Below, piece after piece: positions 27,489 through 56,485 of a stretch of 64,000 nt of DNA (position 1 is the first letter of the stretch; every line of letters starts with the position of its first letter). The position numbers were made by a program, and so were the translations under genes. The notes beneath the pieces were generated by a model that searched no databases, was not told the origin of the DNA, and saw only the letters and a list, made by a program, of their open reading frames with translations. The DNA is from Amoebidium appalachense (taxonomy: Eukaryota; Protista; Ichthyosporea): contig CAVNZM010000002.1 of the NCBI GenBank assembly GCA_963693365.1, positions 9,149,059 through 9,213,058 of the forward strand, read 5' to 3'.

Positions 27489-30400
27489 AGAGGGGGGGGG
27501 GGGGGAGGGGAGAGAGGGTTGAAGGGGACGCAAAAGCGGGGGGGAGGGGGGCTTCTGCCCTTCTTTTTCGTATTTGATATTCCAAGTAGTCATGATCATT
27601 GAGCCACTAACACTGCCGCATGAACAAATACAGAAGCGGAAAACTGAAAATGACAACAAGGCTGCGGGGGCGAAGGAGAGCAAACAGGACCCCAAGCAGA
27701 AACCGTGCTGCTGCCCAGTGGTCATTTACGCAAACCACATAGAAACGGTACTTGCCTCAAATGGTAAACATTGGCGCAATCGGCAGGATGAACCCCAACC
27801 GGAACGCATTGTGATAGAGCGGGTTGGGAGTTCGGGTGGTGTGGGTGGCGGTCGCGGTAAGGGCGGGCCGGCGAAGTATAAGAGTAAAAAGGAGCTGAAA
27901 CACGAGAACGAAACGAGGAATGAGTCTTCTATCAGCCTTGAGTCGTTTTTGATGTTGCCCGAGCTGAGGCCACCGAGAGGTATGGTGCCTAAACGTATTT
28001 CGTGTGTGTCATGTTTTATGTATTTATTTATTTATTTTTTTATTTATTTTTTATTTTATTTTATTTTATTTATATTTATATTTTTATTATTAGTTTTTTT
28101 TTTTTTGGGGGGGGGGGGGGGGGGGAGGGGGGGGAGGGGGGGGGGATCCTATGAAGAAATGTTCGTAACATCCTTTAGTGGAGGGACTGAGTGTATGTAT
28201 GTGGAAAGGGTGGAAAGGGGAGGTGGCAAGTGCGCGCGGGTATGGGTAGGGGGACCCGCGGGGAGGGGGGGGAGGGGGAGGGGAGGTGGAGGTGGTAGGG
28301 GTCTACAAATTTATTGCGAAGCAAGAGTCTGTTTAGCTATTCCAGAGCAGGTGTGTATGGAATTTTGAAAAGGCATACGTGATAGGGGCAGGGGGCAAAG
28401 AAGGTGAAAGGGCAGGGCGGGGTGTTCCCCTCAGAGTTGTTCGGGGCCGGGGAATATACATGAGTGGGTAAAAGCCATATGACAAAGGGGGGGGGGGGGG
28501 CTTCAGATGTTTGCTATTTTTTTTTTTTTTTTGCACAGTTATTTGGAAAGGTTTCGCGTCGCCTACTTATGTAAAGGTTTCACGTTTCCTACTTATGTAA
28601 AGGTTTCACGTTTCCTACTTATAAAGATTTCACGTTTCCTACTTATGTAAAGGTTTCACTTTTCCTACTTATGGAAAGGTTTCACGTTTCCTACTTATGT
28701 AAAGATTTCACGTATCCTACTTATGTAGAGTTTAACCTGGGTGGTATCAACTACGCAGGGATGCCGCAGGGTAACGTAGGCACACCCATCCGCACATTCC
28801 TCACATCACTGTCCGACTGCATTCTCCCTGCCTCTGTCATCAGTCGGTTGGGCCTTGTGTTTCCTTCCAGCGGCCAGACATATAGTCAGGTATGCAGAAG
28901 TATATTTCCCCCCCCCCCTCTCCCCCTTCCCCCAAACTAACCCAACCCAACCCCCCAACCCTCCAACCCCCCAACTCCCCCTCCCCCCCCTTCCGCTCCC
29001 CCCCCCCCCCCCCCCAAAAAAAATCAACCCCACCCAACCCAATCTAACCCAAACCCCCCCCCCCCCCCCACTCCCCTTCCGCCTCTCCCATCCCCCCCCC
29101 CCCCCCCCTCCCTTCTCCCCTCTCTCATCCCTTCTTAAACCCGGTCCCCTGCCCAAACAAGAATGCGCGCCTGTACGTTTACGGAGGGGGGGGGGGGGGG
29201 GGGGGTGCTGTTATAATGAGAGGAGAGGGAGAGTGAAGAAGAAAGGGGGGAGGGGAGGGGGCGGCGAGACGGGCCCGTCTCATACACACACACACATGGA
29301 CAAGAAGTTTGTTCCCACTATCATCTCTATCACCTTTCTCCTTTTTCGTTTCTCTTAGGTGCTCCAACGAGCGCGCACGTGTGCGCGCACACACACACAC
29401 ACACATGCTTGCGCGGGCGACACACCACGCTCACATATGCAAACAAACACAGGTCAAATATCAATACCCTAACAGCGAGCCTGTATGGCCGGAGGAGGGA
29501 GAAATTGACAGGTGCCCCCCCCTCTCCCCTCCCCCGCGAATAAACTCGATACCAGCACATTTCTAAACTCGCTATCGTTTGCTATCCCCATATCGATTCA
29601 TTTATTTCTAACACCGCTAAATATGGCATCATAACTAGTCAACTATGTAGCTATCACCGTAAGTGCTCCTCATTGCATGCTTTCTCCATTCACGCAGCTA
29701 CCCTAATATCTAGACTACTAGCTAAGGGATATATCTACAATAAACTCATTCATAAAACCATATCATACATTAGAAACAATCCATCAATGTATCGCGGCAC
29801 ACATTATTCATTTATTCTCAAATCCATCATTCGAAGAATTCACACACCAATATAATCTTACTCACACACACGATGTCAATATCATATACACACACACATA
29901 TATATAGACTACACTCCGTGCATAATGGGTCTCGACATATGGCGTGTCATGTGTAGTGATACAATTTGGCTACCGTTTTGGCTTCTTAAAGCCCATGGGC
30001 ACGAGGTGAATGCTGGCTGGCCGCCAGGGGCTTACCCACCCGTTCGAACACGTTAAAGTTCCACCCGGTCAGGTGCACTGCCCCCCAGTGGCATGGGTCA
30101 AACCTATTGGTTTATTACGTGGGGTAACCCTCTAATAAAGCAATAGTTGCCAGGTTAAGTTACCCCCCTGTTTTCTCTGTCTCCATGTCCCCCCCCTCCC
30201 CCCCCCCCCCCCCCTTTCCCCCTCCCCTCTTCCCCCTCCTCCCCGCCCCCTTCCCCCTCTCTCTCCCCCTCCCTCCCTCTCTCCCCCTCCCCCCCCCCCC
30301 CCCCCCCCCCCCCCCTCCCTCCCCTTCTCTATATTCTCTATAGGTTAGGGAGTCGGGGATCTTTGTAGAAGCCCGGCTTATGCTATATCTCTCTGCTTGC

Positions 30401-31197
30401 TTTCTTTGTTTTTTTGTCTGCTTGCAGATTTTGTAGACTCTGCGTTCTTAGATTGCTGCTCCTTGAACAACCCTGCTCGTCTTTGGCCAAGACGGGTGGA
30501 CTCGCCTATTGCTGTTGAAATAAAGTATGGGTTGGGAACCACGCGCGAGAGGTTAAAGAGTCGAAACCCATGCTTTTGTGGAGGCATAGGAACCCCCCTG
30601 ATGATGGGCTCTGTTCAAGTGTCTTCTGCCTGCACGCTTAAATTGTTTGATTTTGGATTTCCCACCTTTGTGACGCTTGGTTGTTGCTCTTTGTTGTCTC
30701 CTCCATATTTCGAACCCTCTAACGCATACATCCCCCCCCCCCCCCCCCCCCCCCCTGTCTCTCTTCCGCTCGTCACCCCCTTCCCCCGTTTCCCCCTCCC
30801 CCCCCCCCCCCCCCCCTCCCCCCCTCCCTGCACACACAACCGCTTACCCACCACCACCACCCCTCCCCCCAACCACCCACCCACCCACTTTCTTCCCTCC
30901 CGTTTGTTGCCTCTTTTGGGGCCTCTTAGCCCACGATTTCTTCCTTCTCTTACCTCCCTTTCCTCCTGCTATTCCGTCTAGATTATTTTGGCATCACATG
31001 GATCCGAGAAAGTAGAAGATGGTTGAATGAGATGCCGGAGCAGCACAAGGCAAGAGTGGTCTTGGTTGGTTTAGGAGCTGTCTTTCTCTTGGCCTGCGAT
31101 ATGGATAACGAATGATGGGATGATGGTTCGTCTTATTACCCTTTCTTTCTTTTCTTTCTTTCTTTCTTTTTTTCTTTTGGTTGAAATTCTGCACTTT

Positions 31198-31243
<46 letters not shown>

Positions 31244-31481
31244 AAAAAAAAAAATCTGGACTTCAGCTTACATCTATTCCGCTGTGGTTATAAAAAGGTT
31301 GCTCTAGCTGTTTTTTTTTTTGTGAAGGGGCACGGTGGAAAACGGCCCTAACTTGATAAGACATTGTCACTGTAAACGGGAAAGAATCGAACATGCACGG
31401 TGTGATAGCTTTTTATACATGTGTGTACCTAACCAATAAAGGGCCAAAATGATGTGGGCGGGTAATGGTGGTGGGGTTCTG

Positions 31482-31512
<31 letters not shown>

Positions 31513-32463
31513 CTGCGTCTGTGTAGCGAAGACGATGCGGAGGAATGGGAGAGATACGAGTCACTTCATGGAGATGTGACCAACCAAGAGAGGAACGAGT
31601 GCGTGTCTCCTCCCATCCCCTACCTCCTCTCCCCCCTCCCCCCCCCCCCCCCCCCTCCCCCCACCCTACCCCCTCCATCCCAGCTCCCCCCCTCCACCCC
31701 TACACCACCACCACCACCACCACCACCACCACCACCACCACTTCCGCTCCCCCTCTTCCCCCCCAAACAAAAAGAAATAATAAACCAAAGGAACGATAAT
31801 AAAAAAGACAACTATTGAAAGTGTAACATAAGGAAGAAAGAAAATAGAAAGTGTCAGATAAGGAAGAAAGGCCACTCTGTATCTCCCTTTCATGCGCCCC
31901 CCCCAAATATGAATGAGCATCACCCCCGTTCTCTCTTGTCTTCCACCATTTCTGTTCCCGGTTTGCTCTTTTTTCCGCCGGAATTCAACTTTCCTGTAGT
32001 GTGTGTGATGGCCCGGCAGGACAACCCAAACGAAAGCCTTGTGCAATCTAGTCAAAGGGTTACATAGAATGTTGTTCTGTTTGTTTTTATCGTCTCGTCA
32101 TCAGACGTCGTTTCTGGCGGTACTGGTTGTAATGTCGGAATATTCATGTGCTCAAACCGTTGTTCGTTTCTTCTGGCTTCTAGTTTTGCTTATGTGACCC
32201 CGAATTTATTTATGTTGGTTTTGGTGGTAGTGCGTCTTAAGCTTTTTCTGATCGGTGGGGCGGAATCACAGGGAACGTCTGTTTGAGGAGGAGGTGGAGG
32301 TGACGTGGGACAAGGGCAGCTCGGGTAGGTGGCCTGTGTGGTGTGGGTGTGGGTGTGTGTGTGGGCGTGTGTTTTGGAGAGGGGGGGGGGGGGGGGGGGG
32401 AGTATGGTGTGTGTGTGTGTGTGTTGGTGGGTGCGTGCGTGGGTGGGTGCGTGCGTGTGTGTG

Positions 32464-32512
<49 letters not shown>

Positions 32513-32765
32513 GGTTTATGGGTAAGTGGGTGGGTGGGTGGGTGTGTATTGTGGGTGTGGGTCTGTGGCTATGTTGGTTTTTGGGTGTGTCGGTGTGTGT
32601 GTGGGAGGAGGAGGGCAGGGGGGGGGGGTGTCCGTGTATATAATATTTGTGTGTGTGCGGATGTGGGTGGTTGTGGGTGTGGGTGTGTGTGGGTGTATGT
32701 GTGTGTGTGTGTGCGCGCGCTCGTGCTCGCGCTTGTGGGGGAAGGAAGGTGTGAGGGTTGGGGGT

Positions 32766-32799
<34 letters not shown>

Positions 32800-33056
32800 G
32801 ACCTTCTTTCACGCGTTTTCCTGATTTCTGTGAAATCCTTGGGAACGTTACGTGCTATGTCTCCTTTTTTTGCCACTTTCTGAATTGTGTTTTGGTTTGT
32901 TTTGTGTTCCCGCAGGGCTTGTCTTCCACACCGATGCAGCATATTGGAAGGAGGGGGAGTTGGAGGAGCCAGACGTAGACGATTGGGACGTGGACACACG
33001 AAGACACTACAGGTGGGTGGGTGGGGGGTCGGAGGGGGGGGGGGGGGGGGGGGGGG

Positions 33057-33099
<43 letters not shown>

Positions 33100-34123
33100 C
33101 TCTTAGGCGATTTGTGTGCATGTGTGTGAGTCGAGTGGTTGAAGGTGTGTGTGTGGGTGTGTTTGTGTGGGTCTGGGTGGGTAGGCGGGTAGATGGGTGG
33201 CAGCTTTTGTGCCTATGTGGGTGGGTGGGTGGGTGGGTGGGTGGATGGGTCGTTGGGTGGAGATTGGTGTTGGGAAGAGGAGGGGATGGGGGGAGGGGGG
33301 GGGGACGTATTTAGTAACTATATAGTAACTGAATATGGTGAAAGTAACGTGTACTACCTGTACATGGTAGCATATACTGACCATATATGGATAGCACATA
33401 CTGACCATATATGGGTAGCATATACTGACCATGTATGGGCATGGTATTTTAGGCACAATGCAGCTGGGTTTGACCAAGACACCAAAGATATGGCTGAGGT
33501 TGCTGGGGTCAAGCTGAGAGCCAGCGACTATGCACCATTTGAGCGCCACACACGCAGCATAGGCAGGTATGCATTCTAAACATAACAAATTAAATATGAA
33601 CTTACACTGTGATTGGTGGTTGGGAGTTGGGTAGAGAGTATTTAGGGGTTTGCGGGGATGAAAGTGTGTGCATGGGCTGCAGCAAAGGCCGGTAAGCAGG
33701 CATGCTAATAAAGTTTATAACCTAAACTAAAACCTTGATTGGGTGTTTTGGAGGAGAACAGCCATCGGGCTTCCCGGAATTGGAGAGTGTAAGTAAGGGG
33801 CAAGCTTTTTAGTGTAGGGAACACAAGTAGTGGATGTATGGTTGAGAAGCATTGTGGTGGGCTTTGTTTGCATTCCTCCCTTGTTCATCGTTTCACGATT
33901 GTTTTCCTAATTTTTTCTGATTTTTTTCCCCTTCACCGGCACGCCAGGTTCTCGTTCACATATACACATTCTCTCCCTTCCTCCCTTCCTCCCCCTTTTT
34001 CTTATACAAACACTCCTTTTTTTCTCTTTTGTACATGGCGGTGACCTTTTCTCGGGCATATCTCACAACTTCCGCTCCTTCCCTTTCCCTGACCCCTTTC
34101 CCCATCTCACCCTTGTCTGATCA

Positions 34124-34156
<33 letters not shown>

Positions 34157-34614
34157 AAGCTTCGCCTTCATTTCGGGGGGGGAAAAAAAAACAAAGCAAA
34201 CAAAGAAAAAAGAGGCAAAGGCTATCTTTATTCCCACACTCACACCATACACCCTCTCCCCCTACACAGTAAGCTACTTCTACGACAAGGATGGAAACCT
34301 GGCCGTGGGCTTGGAGCCGAGGGCAGGACGGGCAGAGAGGAGCCAGTGAGTGCGGGCAGTGGGGTGGAGGAAAAGAGAGGCCTGGGTTATGTGGCTGGAA
34401 TAGGAAACACGGCTGGCGTGGTAAGTGTATGTGTGATCCTTTTTGTTTTTACGCACTTTGTTTGCCCCCTGCTTCTTGCCCCATCCCCCCCCCCCCCCCC
34501 CCCTGCCCCCGTTCCTCATTCCCGTTCACTGGCTTTTGCTCCTTTTAACATTTTCACATCCGCGGGTGCGCACGCAGGCATCATTTTTTTCCTTTTGATC
34601 TCCCTCTGCCTGCC

Positions 34615-34659
<45 letters not shown>

Positions 34660-34908
34660 ACACACGCACGCACAGACACCCACACACACACCTTTTTTCC
34701 CTCTCCGTCCCGCTTTGTCTCCGTCCCCCTACTCTCTCTCTCTGTCTTGCTCCCTCCCTCCCTCTCTCCCTCGCTCCTTCCCCCCCCCCCCCCCTCCCCC
34801 TCTCCCCGCCCCTCTCCACCCCTCTCGCTCTTCGCTCCCTTCTTCCCTTCTTCCCTTCTTTCCTTCTTTCCTTCTTCCCTCTTCCCATCACCTCTTCCCC
34901 CCCCCCCC

Positions 34909-34985
<77 letters not shown>

Positions 34986-35094
34986 CAAAAAACACAAAAG
35001 AAAGGGAACATGAAATAATAAAAATGAAAGGGAAAAAAGAAAGAAAGAAAAGGACAGGAAAGAAAACTGCTGCTTGACTCCTCTCTCTTCATGC

Positions 35095-35144
<50 letters not shown>

Positions 35145-35276
35145 TGATGATGGGCTCTGTTCAACTATCTTCTGCCTGCACGCCTAAATTGTTTGATTTT
35201 GAATTTCCCATTTTGTGACGTTTTGTTGATGCTCGTTGTTGTCTCCTCCATATTTCCAACCCTCTAACGCATACAT

Positions 35277-35308
<32 letters not shown>

Positions 35309-35626
35309 CCAAACAACAAAAAAAAAAAAAAAAAAAGTTCACGTTCTCATTTCTCATATGTTAGTCAATGCACCATTATGCTTCCAAGTAGGTTTCATTA
35401 CAGCTGTGTGCATGCACACACACACCGTATTATCTTTCTGGCGACTCTGCCTTGCTCCCTACATGGGGTTATTTGCTTTCAGGTTTCCCAATATGTCAGC
35501 TTACATTATTCTGTTCCCTATCACATGCATATCTGATCCCCTGTCCTGTGTTCCTATGAGTCGTTTGACACCCTCCCCTCCTCCCCCCTCCCCCTCCCCC
35601 CTCCCCCTCCCCCCCCCCCCCCCTCC

Positions 35627-35722
<96 letters not shown>

Positions 35723-36452
35723 CAAACTCCCATACATTCGCTTTCTACTCTCTGTTTCTCGTCTCCCCTTCACCGTGATGGCCAAAGACACAAGACTTCA
35801 TTCATATGCAATCACTTGCTCACTTTTCGTTTTTCCCCATGTGTAGGGGCCGTTATCGTGGACACGAGTTCTTCGTGAGCGATCTCTAAGGGAGGCTTCA
35901 CGGGGCGAAACCGAAAAACAGCCCGGCATATCCGAAAAACGGGTAAATGATCCACCTGCGTCAGAGGGAGAAAACTGCGGGGATGTACGAGATATGCAAA
36001 TTTTCGAAATTGTGGAAACTGTACAGCACCCTCTGCCTCTCACTAAGCGTCCCACAAAATATATCCCACCACCGGTATCCAACGACAACGGGAATAATTC
36101 GGAGTCGTATTTCCGTGGTGAGAAACGTATCCGGGATGATTCGGATGAAGAAAACACTCGCACATCGGATTACCTTATAAAGTATCGAGACGCAAATTTT
36201 GTTCCGGGGGGAATGGTGATTGGAGGAGAGGAGGTGAGGGCATTCCGAAAGAGCGACCGGCCGGTTTTGATTGGATCAATGTCACTCAAGGATGGGAGCA
36301 TCTTACCTAGCAGTACATCGGATGTTTTGTGCGATACGGATTTGGATGCCGGGGGCCGGGCGAAGAATAAAACGAAGGATGATGGGGAGGTCAGGCCCAA
36401 TACGACTTATGAGACACCTTATTTCACGTCACAGGGTGTGACTACTATGTAG
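26208..36452 (+). CDS. GPATCH3: G-patch domain-containing protein 3 homologue; 10 exons
   Basis: Exons 26208-26378, 27634-27979, 28759-28889, 29453-29511, 31527-31598, 32272-32324, 32916-33012, 33453-33566, 34270-34420, 35847-36452; phase-consistent. Family motifs: FHYRHR, LPELRPP.GMPQGNVGTP, EEWERYESLH.DVT.QER, LFEEEVEVTWDKGSSGLVFHTDA, DDWDVD, FERHT..IG, and the G-patch LLLRQGWKPGRGLG...KRGLGY. The start could be the ATG at 26208, 26220 or 26226. Confidence 0.93.
28547..28733 (+). repeat. 26-bp minisatellite, about 7 copies
   Basis: Unit aaaggtttcacgtttcctacttatgt, ending about 25 nt upstream of the GPATCH3 exon-3 acceptor. Confidence 0.95.
29545..30150 (+). mobile_element. 5'-truncated Penelope-like retroelement fragment (RT thumb plus 3' non-coding region) in GPATCH3 intron 4
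   Basis: Frame at about 29565-29855 reads KLAIVCYPHIDSFISNTAKYGIITSQLCSYHRKCSSLHAFSIHAATLISRLLAKGY, matching the PLE RT C-terminal pattern PHxxS...YG..TSQ..R..R.CS...F......L...L..KGY. The DNA is AT-richer and microsatellite-free, ending near AATAAA at about 30134. Confidence 0.7.
30597..30735 (+). repeat. intronic repeat family copy (GPATCH3 intron 4), inverted relative to the ILV1 copies
   Basis: cctgatgatgggctctgttcaa...ctctaacgcatacatcccc; close match to 35143-35280. The termini are the reverse complement of the family termini seen at 12313 and 21878. Confidence 0.85.
33363..33440 (+). repeat. about 24-bp minisatellite x3
   Basis: gtagcatatactgaccatatatgg units immediately upstream of the GPATCH3 exon-8 acceptor. 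Confidence 0.9.
35143..35280 (+). repeat. intronic repeat family copy (GPATCH3 intron 9)
   Basis: Close match to 30597-30735, flanked by C-runs on both sides. Confidence 0.85.
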
Positions 36453-37516
36453 GGGCATGTAACGAAATGAATGTGGATGTGCTGTAGGTGAGAAGACTTC
36501 TGGTTGAATGAGAACTTTGGGCTTGCTTTCCCGTAATTCTTATCTTTTCGGTTTTTCTTTCATTTCATTTTTATTTTTTAGTTATTTATATTATTATTTT
36601 TATTTTTATTTCTATTTATTTATTTCATAAAATGGGGGGGGGAGAGAGGGGGGGGGGGGGGGTTGGTGTGCGTGGGGCGGGCAGGATTCCTAGTTGATTT
36701 TTACAGGGGGAAAAGAACCCCAGGTTTTCATATCGATTCAATAAATGTATTTGATTTTTATTTTATTTTATTTTTGGGAGGGGCATGTGTTATACGTGTG
36801 CTTATGTGTTTTGTTGGTTTGGTGTGTATGTTTATGTTGGTTGAATAGTCATCAGGCTTGGGTTTTCCATAGGGTTAGGCATGAATGATCTGAAGATTTT
36901 AAGGTTTTTCATTGTTTTGATCATAAAGTTTAAATGTCAACACCACTTTGGTATTTCGTATGTACATGCACATTACAATAATAATATTTAAAAAACAATG
37001 AAAATGTTGCAGTACAACTGTCAGTTGACCACAGGCGATTACAGATTTGTATCAGGAAAAGATACCCTTTCCCCTGCAATTGAAGCGACTGTATTTTTGG
37101 GATTTATTACCCTTTCTATTATGAGGAATCCAGGTCAGAATCCATAGATTCCCCCCTCCCCTCCCTCCCCCAACCCACCCCGCCCTCCAACACACACGTC
37201 TATTGGACACACACTTCATGCTCGTGATGATACCCACAAACGCGTGCCTGCCACGCATACGCACGCAAAAACATTTGTCGTTTTCCCACATGATAATAGT
37301 GTGGATGCATTGTACGCCATGCGCAGTTGTGGACGCGTACGTCCGGGCATTGAGGGGATCTGAATTTCCTGAAAGTTAAAAAGAGGGAAATCGACTTGGA
37401 TCAGAGACCGGTGCTGGTGGTGGTGGTGGCGGTGGGTGGCCATATATATATATATGTGTGTGCAAGGGCGGGAGGGTTGGGCGGCTGGGGGGAGGGGGCG
37501 GAAACCTCAGGGGGGT

Positions 37517-37607
<91 letters not shown>

Positions 37608-37752
37608 GGGGCAGGGGGAGGGTCAGGAGCGATGGAGGGAGGGAATCCTCAGGGGGGGTGGGGCATCTTATCTTGTATTGCACTCAGAACGCCTCACAAA
37701 TGTGCCTAGCCTAAGGGTGACTTGAGGCCAATTACTACCCCGGCCGGGCGGG

Positions 37753-37787
<35 letters not shown>

Positions 37788-38081
37788 GGCCCTCCAGCTC
37801 AGGAGTGGGGGTCGGTGGGGGCGGGTGGTGGTGGTGGTGGTGGTGGTGGGGGGAGGAAGGGGGGGGGGGGGGGGGGGGGGGGAGGGGGGGGGAGGGGGGG
37901 AGGGGGGGATCCCCGGGGCGGGGGAGGGGGTCCCCTGAGCCTGAGCCCCTCCCTCGCAATTAAGCTCCCGCCTTGTACATGTCTGCATTTTTCAATTGTC
38001 ACCATTCGCAATGCAAATGGCACCTGTAACATTCTACTACCCCCCCCCCCCCCCCCCTCCCCCCCCCCCCCCTCCCCCTCC

Positions 38082-38305
38082 CCCCATGTTTTGAGCGGCG
38101 GCCTACTGGCCCCGGGAGGTTCTAAGTTTGGACTCTGTAACCGAGGGAAAAAATGGAACGCAGGTCCCGTATGGTTATGACCGGCGTCCTCGAAAAAACA
38201 AAAAACAGGCCCCCTATGTTTTGAGCGGCGGCCTTCTGGTCCCCACGAGGTTCTAAGTTTGCACTGTCATTTTTTTGTAACCGTGGGAAAAAATGGAACG
38301 CAGGT

Positions 38306-38308
<3 letters not shown>
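38082..38308 (+). repeat. direct duplication with about 130 bp period, intergenic
   Basis: atgttttgagcggcggcct.ctgg...gaggttctaagtttg...gtaaccg.gggaaaaaatggaacgcaggt at about 38086 and about 38216. Confidence 0.9.
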
Positions 38309-38343
<35 letters not shown>

Positions 38344-38368
38344 CCCATCTCACCCAACCAACCAAATG

Positions 38369-38406
<38 letters not shown>

Positions 38407-39126
38407 TAGAAAATAAGCCCATCGATACCGGTTGACCACCACGAGGCCGTAGGCCATAGAAGTGGCTGTGTATGCGCAGCATCCAGGTGAATATCTGATT
38501 GTCTTTTTTATAGACGAGTATGGGAACTTTAAAATATAATACGGGCTAACAGTTCAATGTATATCAAATAATTAGTAATTAATGCCGGAGATCTTTGTGT
38601 AACCGACTTACGCTACATGTATGGAAGACCGATGTAAAAACCGTGTGAAGGCCGGTAATGCGTGTATATACGAGGCAATGTTTGTTTTCTGCCAAACCGC
38701 TATGTATACGTATGGCCTGCACACGGTGCCACAGCCAATAGGAGGATGCCTTAAACCATAGAATTCAATATCAGTTTCGTACGATATTTCATCTCCCATG
38801 CATATGCATGATGCATGCTGCGTGACTGCAAAAGACTTGTTGCTAGTTAATTTTATTAAGTTGTTAGTTTATGTTAGCTTTTTGTTGTTGTTTAAGACCA
38901 GAGATGCGGTTTGATATGGGCTGACTTCAAAGTTGTGCAAATTTCATACGGATCGATATAACATCTGGGAACTATATGATCCTGTGATTTGGTGTGTCAG
39001 TCAATGTACTGACTTTTTTCCCCTTGAAATTTCCTCTCGTCCTTTGTGTGTGCGTTTGTGTGTGGTGCGTTGTGCGTTATGTGTGTGTGTGTGTGTGTTG
39101 GGGGGGGGGGGGGGGGGGGGGGGAGG

Positions 39127-39175
<49 letters not shown>

Positions 39176-39528
39176 AAAATGGGTCTGGAAGGATGGAAGT
39201 GTAAATTCGTTGTTTTTGTTCTTTTTCTGATTAATTGAGCAACCGCATAAATGCCCAATCACTAAGTGACACATCCAGTGTGCGCTAAGTTGTTATGTAT
39301 AGTTTAACTGTGCATATAGGGTTAAAGAAGACACAAAACGATAACACCTAGGTTGTATACATGTGCTCATAGCGTCCACATATGTACAAAGTACACATGT
39401 GTCATATTTTTTAAACAGATTAACTCGCAAAACTGTGCCCTACCTGATACGGAGCACGGTCGAACCCCCCCCCCCCCCCCCCCCCCTCCCCTCCACCACC
39501 ACAACAAAAAAAGGTCGCGAATGTGTAC

Positions 39529-39572
<44 letters not shown>

Positions 39573-39889
39573 TTAAAATTAAAAAAAAATAAAGCAATAA
39601 AAATAAACGATTGAAAAACAAACAACTTATATAAGAAGCGAGAAGTTGCCAAAATGCTGCCCCACTGCAGCCTACAATGTCGGGTTCATTTTGCAACTCT
39701 AAGACCCCCCCCCCGCCCCCTCCCCCCCCCCCCCCCCAAAAAAAAAACACACACAAAAAAAGGGAAAATAAATAAAGGAAGAAAGCATTAAAAAGGGGAG
39801 GTGGGAACGAAAGAGTGAGGATGGAAGGAAGCAAAAAGAGAACCACACAACCAGGGGCGGTGAGATGTGTCCAGTCGGACATCCCCAAC

Positions 39890-55043
<15,154 letters not shown>

Positions 55044-55841
55044 TTCAACATCACATTACATCAACTTCAGACAACTAGGGGTGCCCTTGGTTAGATAATA
55101 TTTACTGAGAGAACTTGAGTGCACTATTGTAAAAAAAAAAAAAGGAATAAGAAATGGCGTCGGAACAGGTGAGCTAGTCATTCTTGTCTGTACACTCAAC
55201 TGTTTCTCCGATTGTATGTCGAATGGACCTGCAAACGACGTGGAATGACATGTTGCTACATTTCTGTTATTGCCTGATCTTTATTCCAACACACAGTGTA
55301 CCAAAATCTATGGAGCCTGTGCTGCTTAGAAAACATACTTTGTTATCACTGTGTATGTTTTGAGGACTGGAACTTCTGCTAAAATACAACGCCGGGACCG
55401 AGAGTTTGTATACCTGTTAACCTGTTGTGAGGGGCGGCGTGAACCTGTTTTCGTGTCCGTAAAGGCAACTCTCCTATACGGAGTAGACGTGGGCTCATCC
55501 ATCCTTCACCTAGCGCAAAAATCCCTAATCTCTCGTTACTTGTTGCATGTGTAGAAAATATATAATATTCATAAAGGAATGAAAAGAGCCGTACGTTTCA
55601 GTTCATGCCATTTTATGTGCCACAATGCACGTGTTGTTTCCTGTGAGGGCTCCTAAAACCTCTCCGTGTACCGTACTTGATAGAAAACTTGCACGTGGCT
55701 CATGTATACTAGCAGACCAAGCCGCCAACAAAAGACTAATAGCGTCTTGTATCTCCCGGTGACTTGTACCCTGTAAACTACTACATGTAACGCTCGTGAC
55801 ATGAACAAGGCGAGCGCCAGGGACGGTCACTACAGCTTGAC

Positions 55842-56078
55842 ACCAATTGCACAGCTCACGTAGCTACACACGTTGTCACGCTCGCGGCAGCCTGCGAGGG
55901 CGCCAGCATCTAAAATTGAAGTTGGCGCCAAATTTTAGTTGGTCTTTCAGCCAATAAAAACCAGTAAACAAAGCCGCAACAAATGGGAAAACAGATAAAG
56001 AGACCAATACGGTGGCCCGCGGCTTTTTGACCGTTATCACCTGACAGCTTCACCAGAAGAAACAGCTTCAACTTTGAA
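55842..56078. promoter_or_regulatory. divergent promoter between the Num1-like gene and RAP1, with CCAAT, E2F-like and CHR-like motifs
   Basis: CCAAT at about 55842, 55952 and 56004; palindromic TTGGCGCCAA(A) at 55922-55932; TTTGAA at 56073-56078. The region is free of microsatellites. Confidence 0.45.
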
Positions 56079-56485
56079 AGCCTGGAGAAAGAGAACGTAG
56101 GTCGAGATTTTAAGAACATCCACGATTATTTGATGCTTGTATATTCCGGCTACCATTCTATAAGCAATAAGCAGCAATTAAAAGAGTAGGAAAGTCGAAT
56201 ATATGATCCCCGTTCGCTTTCGACATGCAAGAACCAAGAGGAATCGAATCACAAGTACACACCACCTTTACTGATTCGTACATGCCATATCGTTGACAAC
56301 CACCGAAACATTCCAATATTTTTTGTAGGCCATCAAGGGTAGCGGGCACCGTTAAAGTCATCAAAGCTTTACCTCAGTCACTTGAATGCGTTAAGAAATT
56401 CTTTGACGTTCTACGTCAAATCTAACGTCTACAGGCTGTTTACTGCACCGACAAAGACCGTGGCACGGTCGTAATATAAAACACG

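Noticed and set aside
28547-28733. CRISPR-like array
   Set aside because: The 26-bp units are contiguous with no unique spacers, in a eukaryotic intron with no cas genes.
30597-30735. Hammerhead ribozyme or canonical C/D snoRNA in the repeat family (CUGAnGA / UGAUGA)
   Set aside because: There is no GAAA after a stem II and no terminal CUGA box D, so neither can be called.
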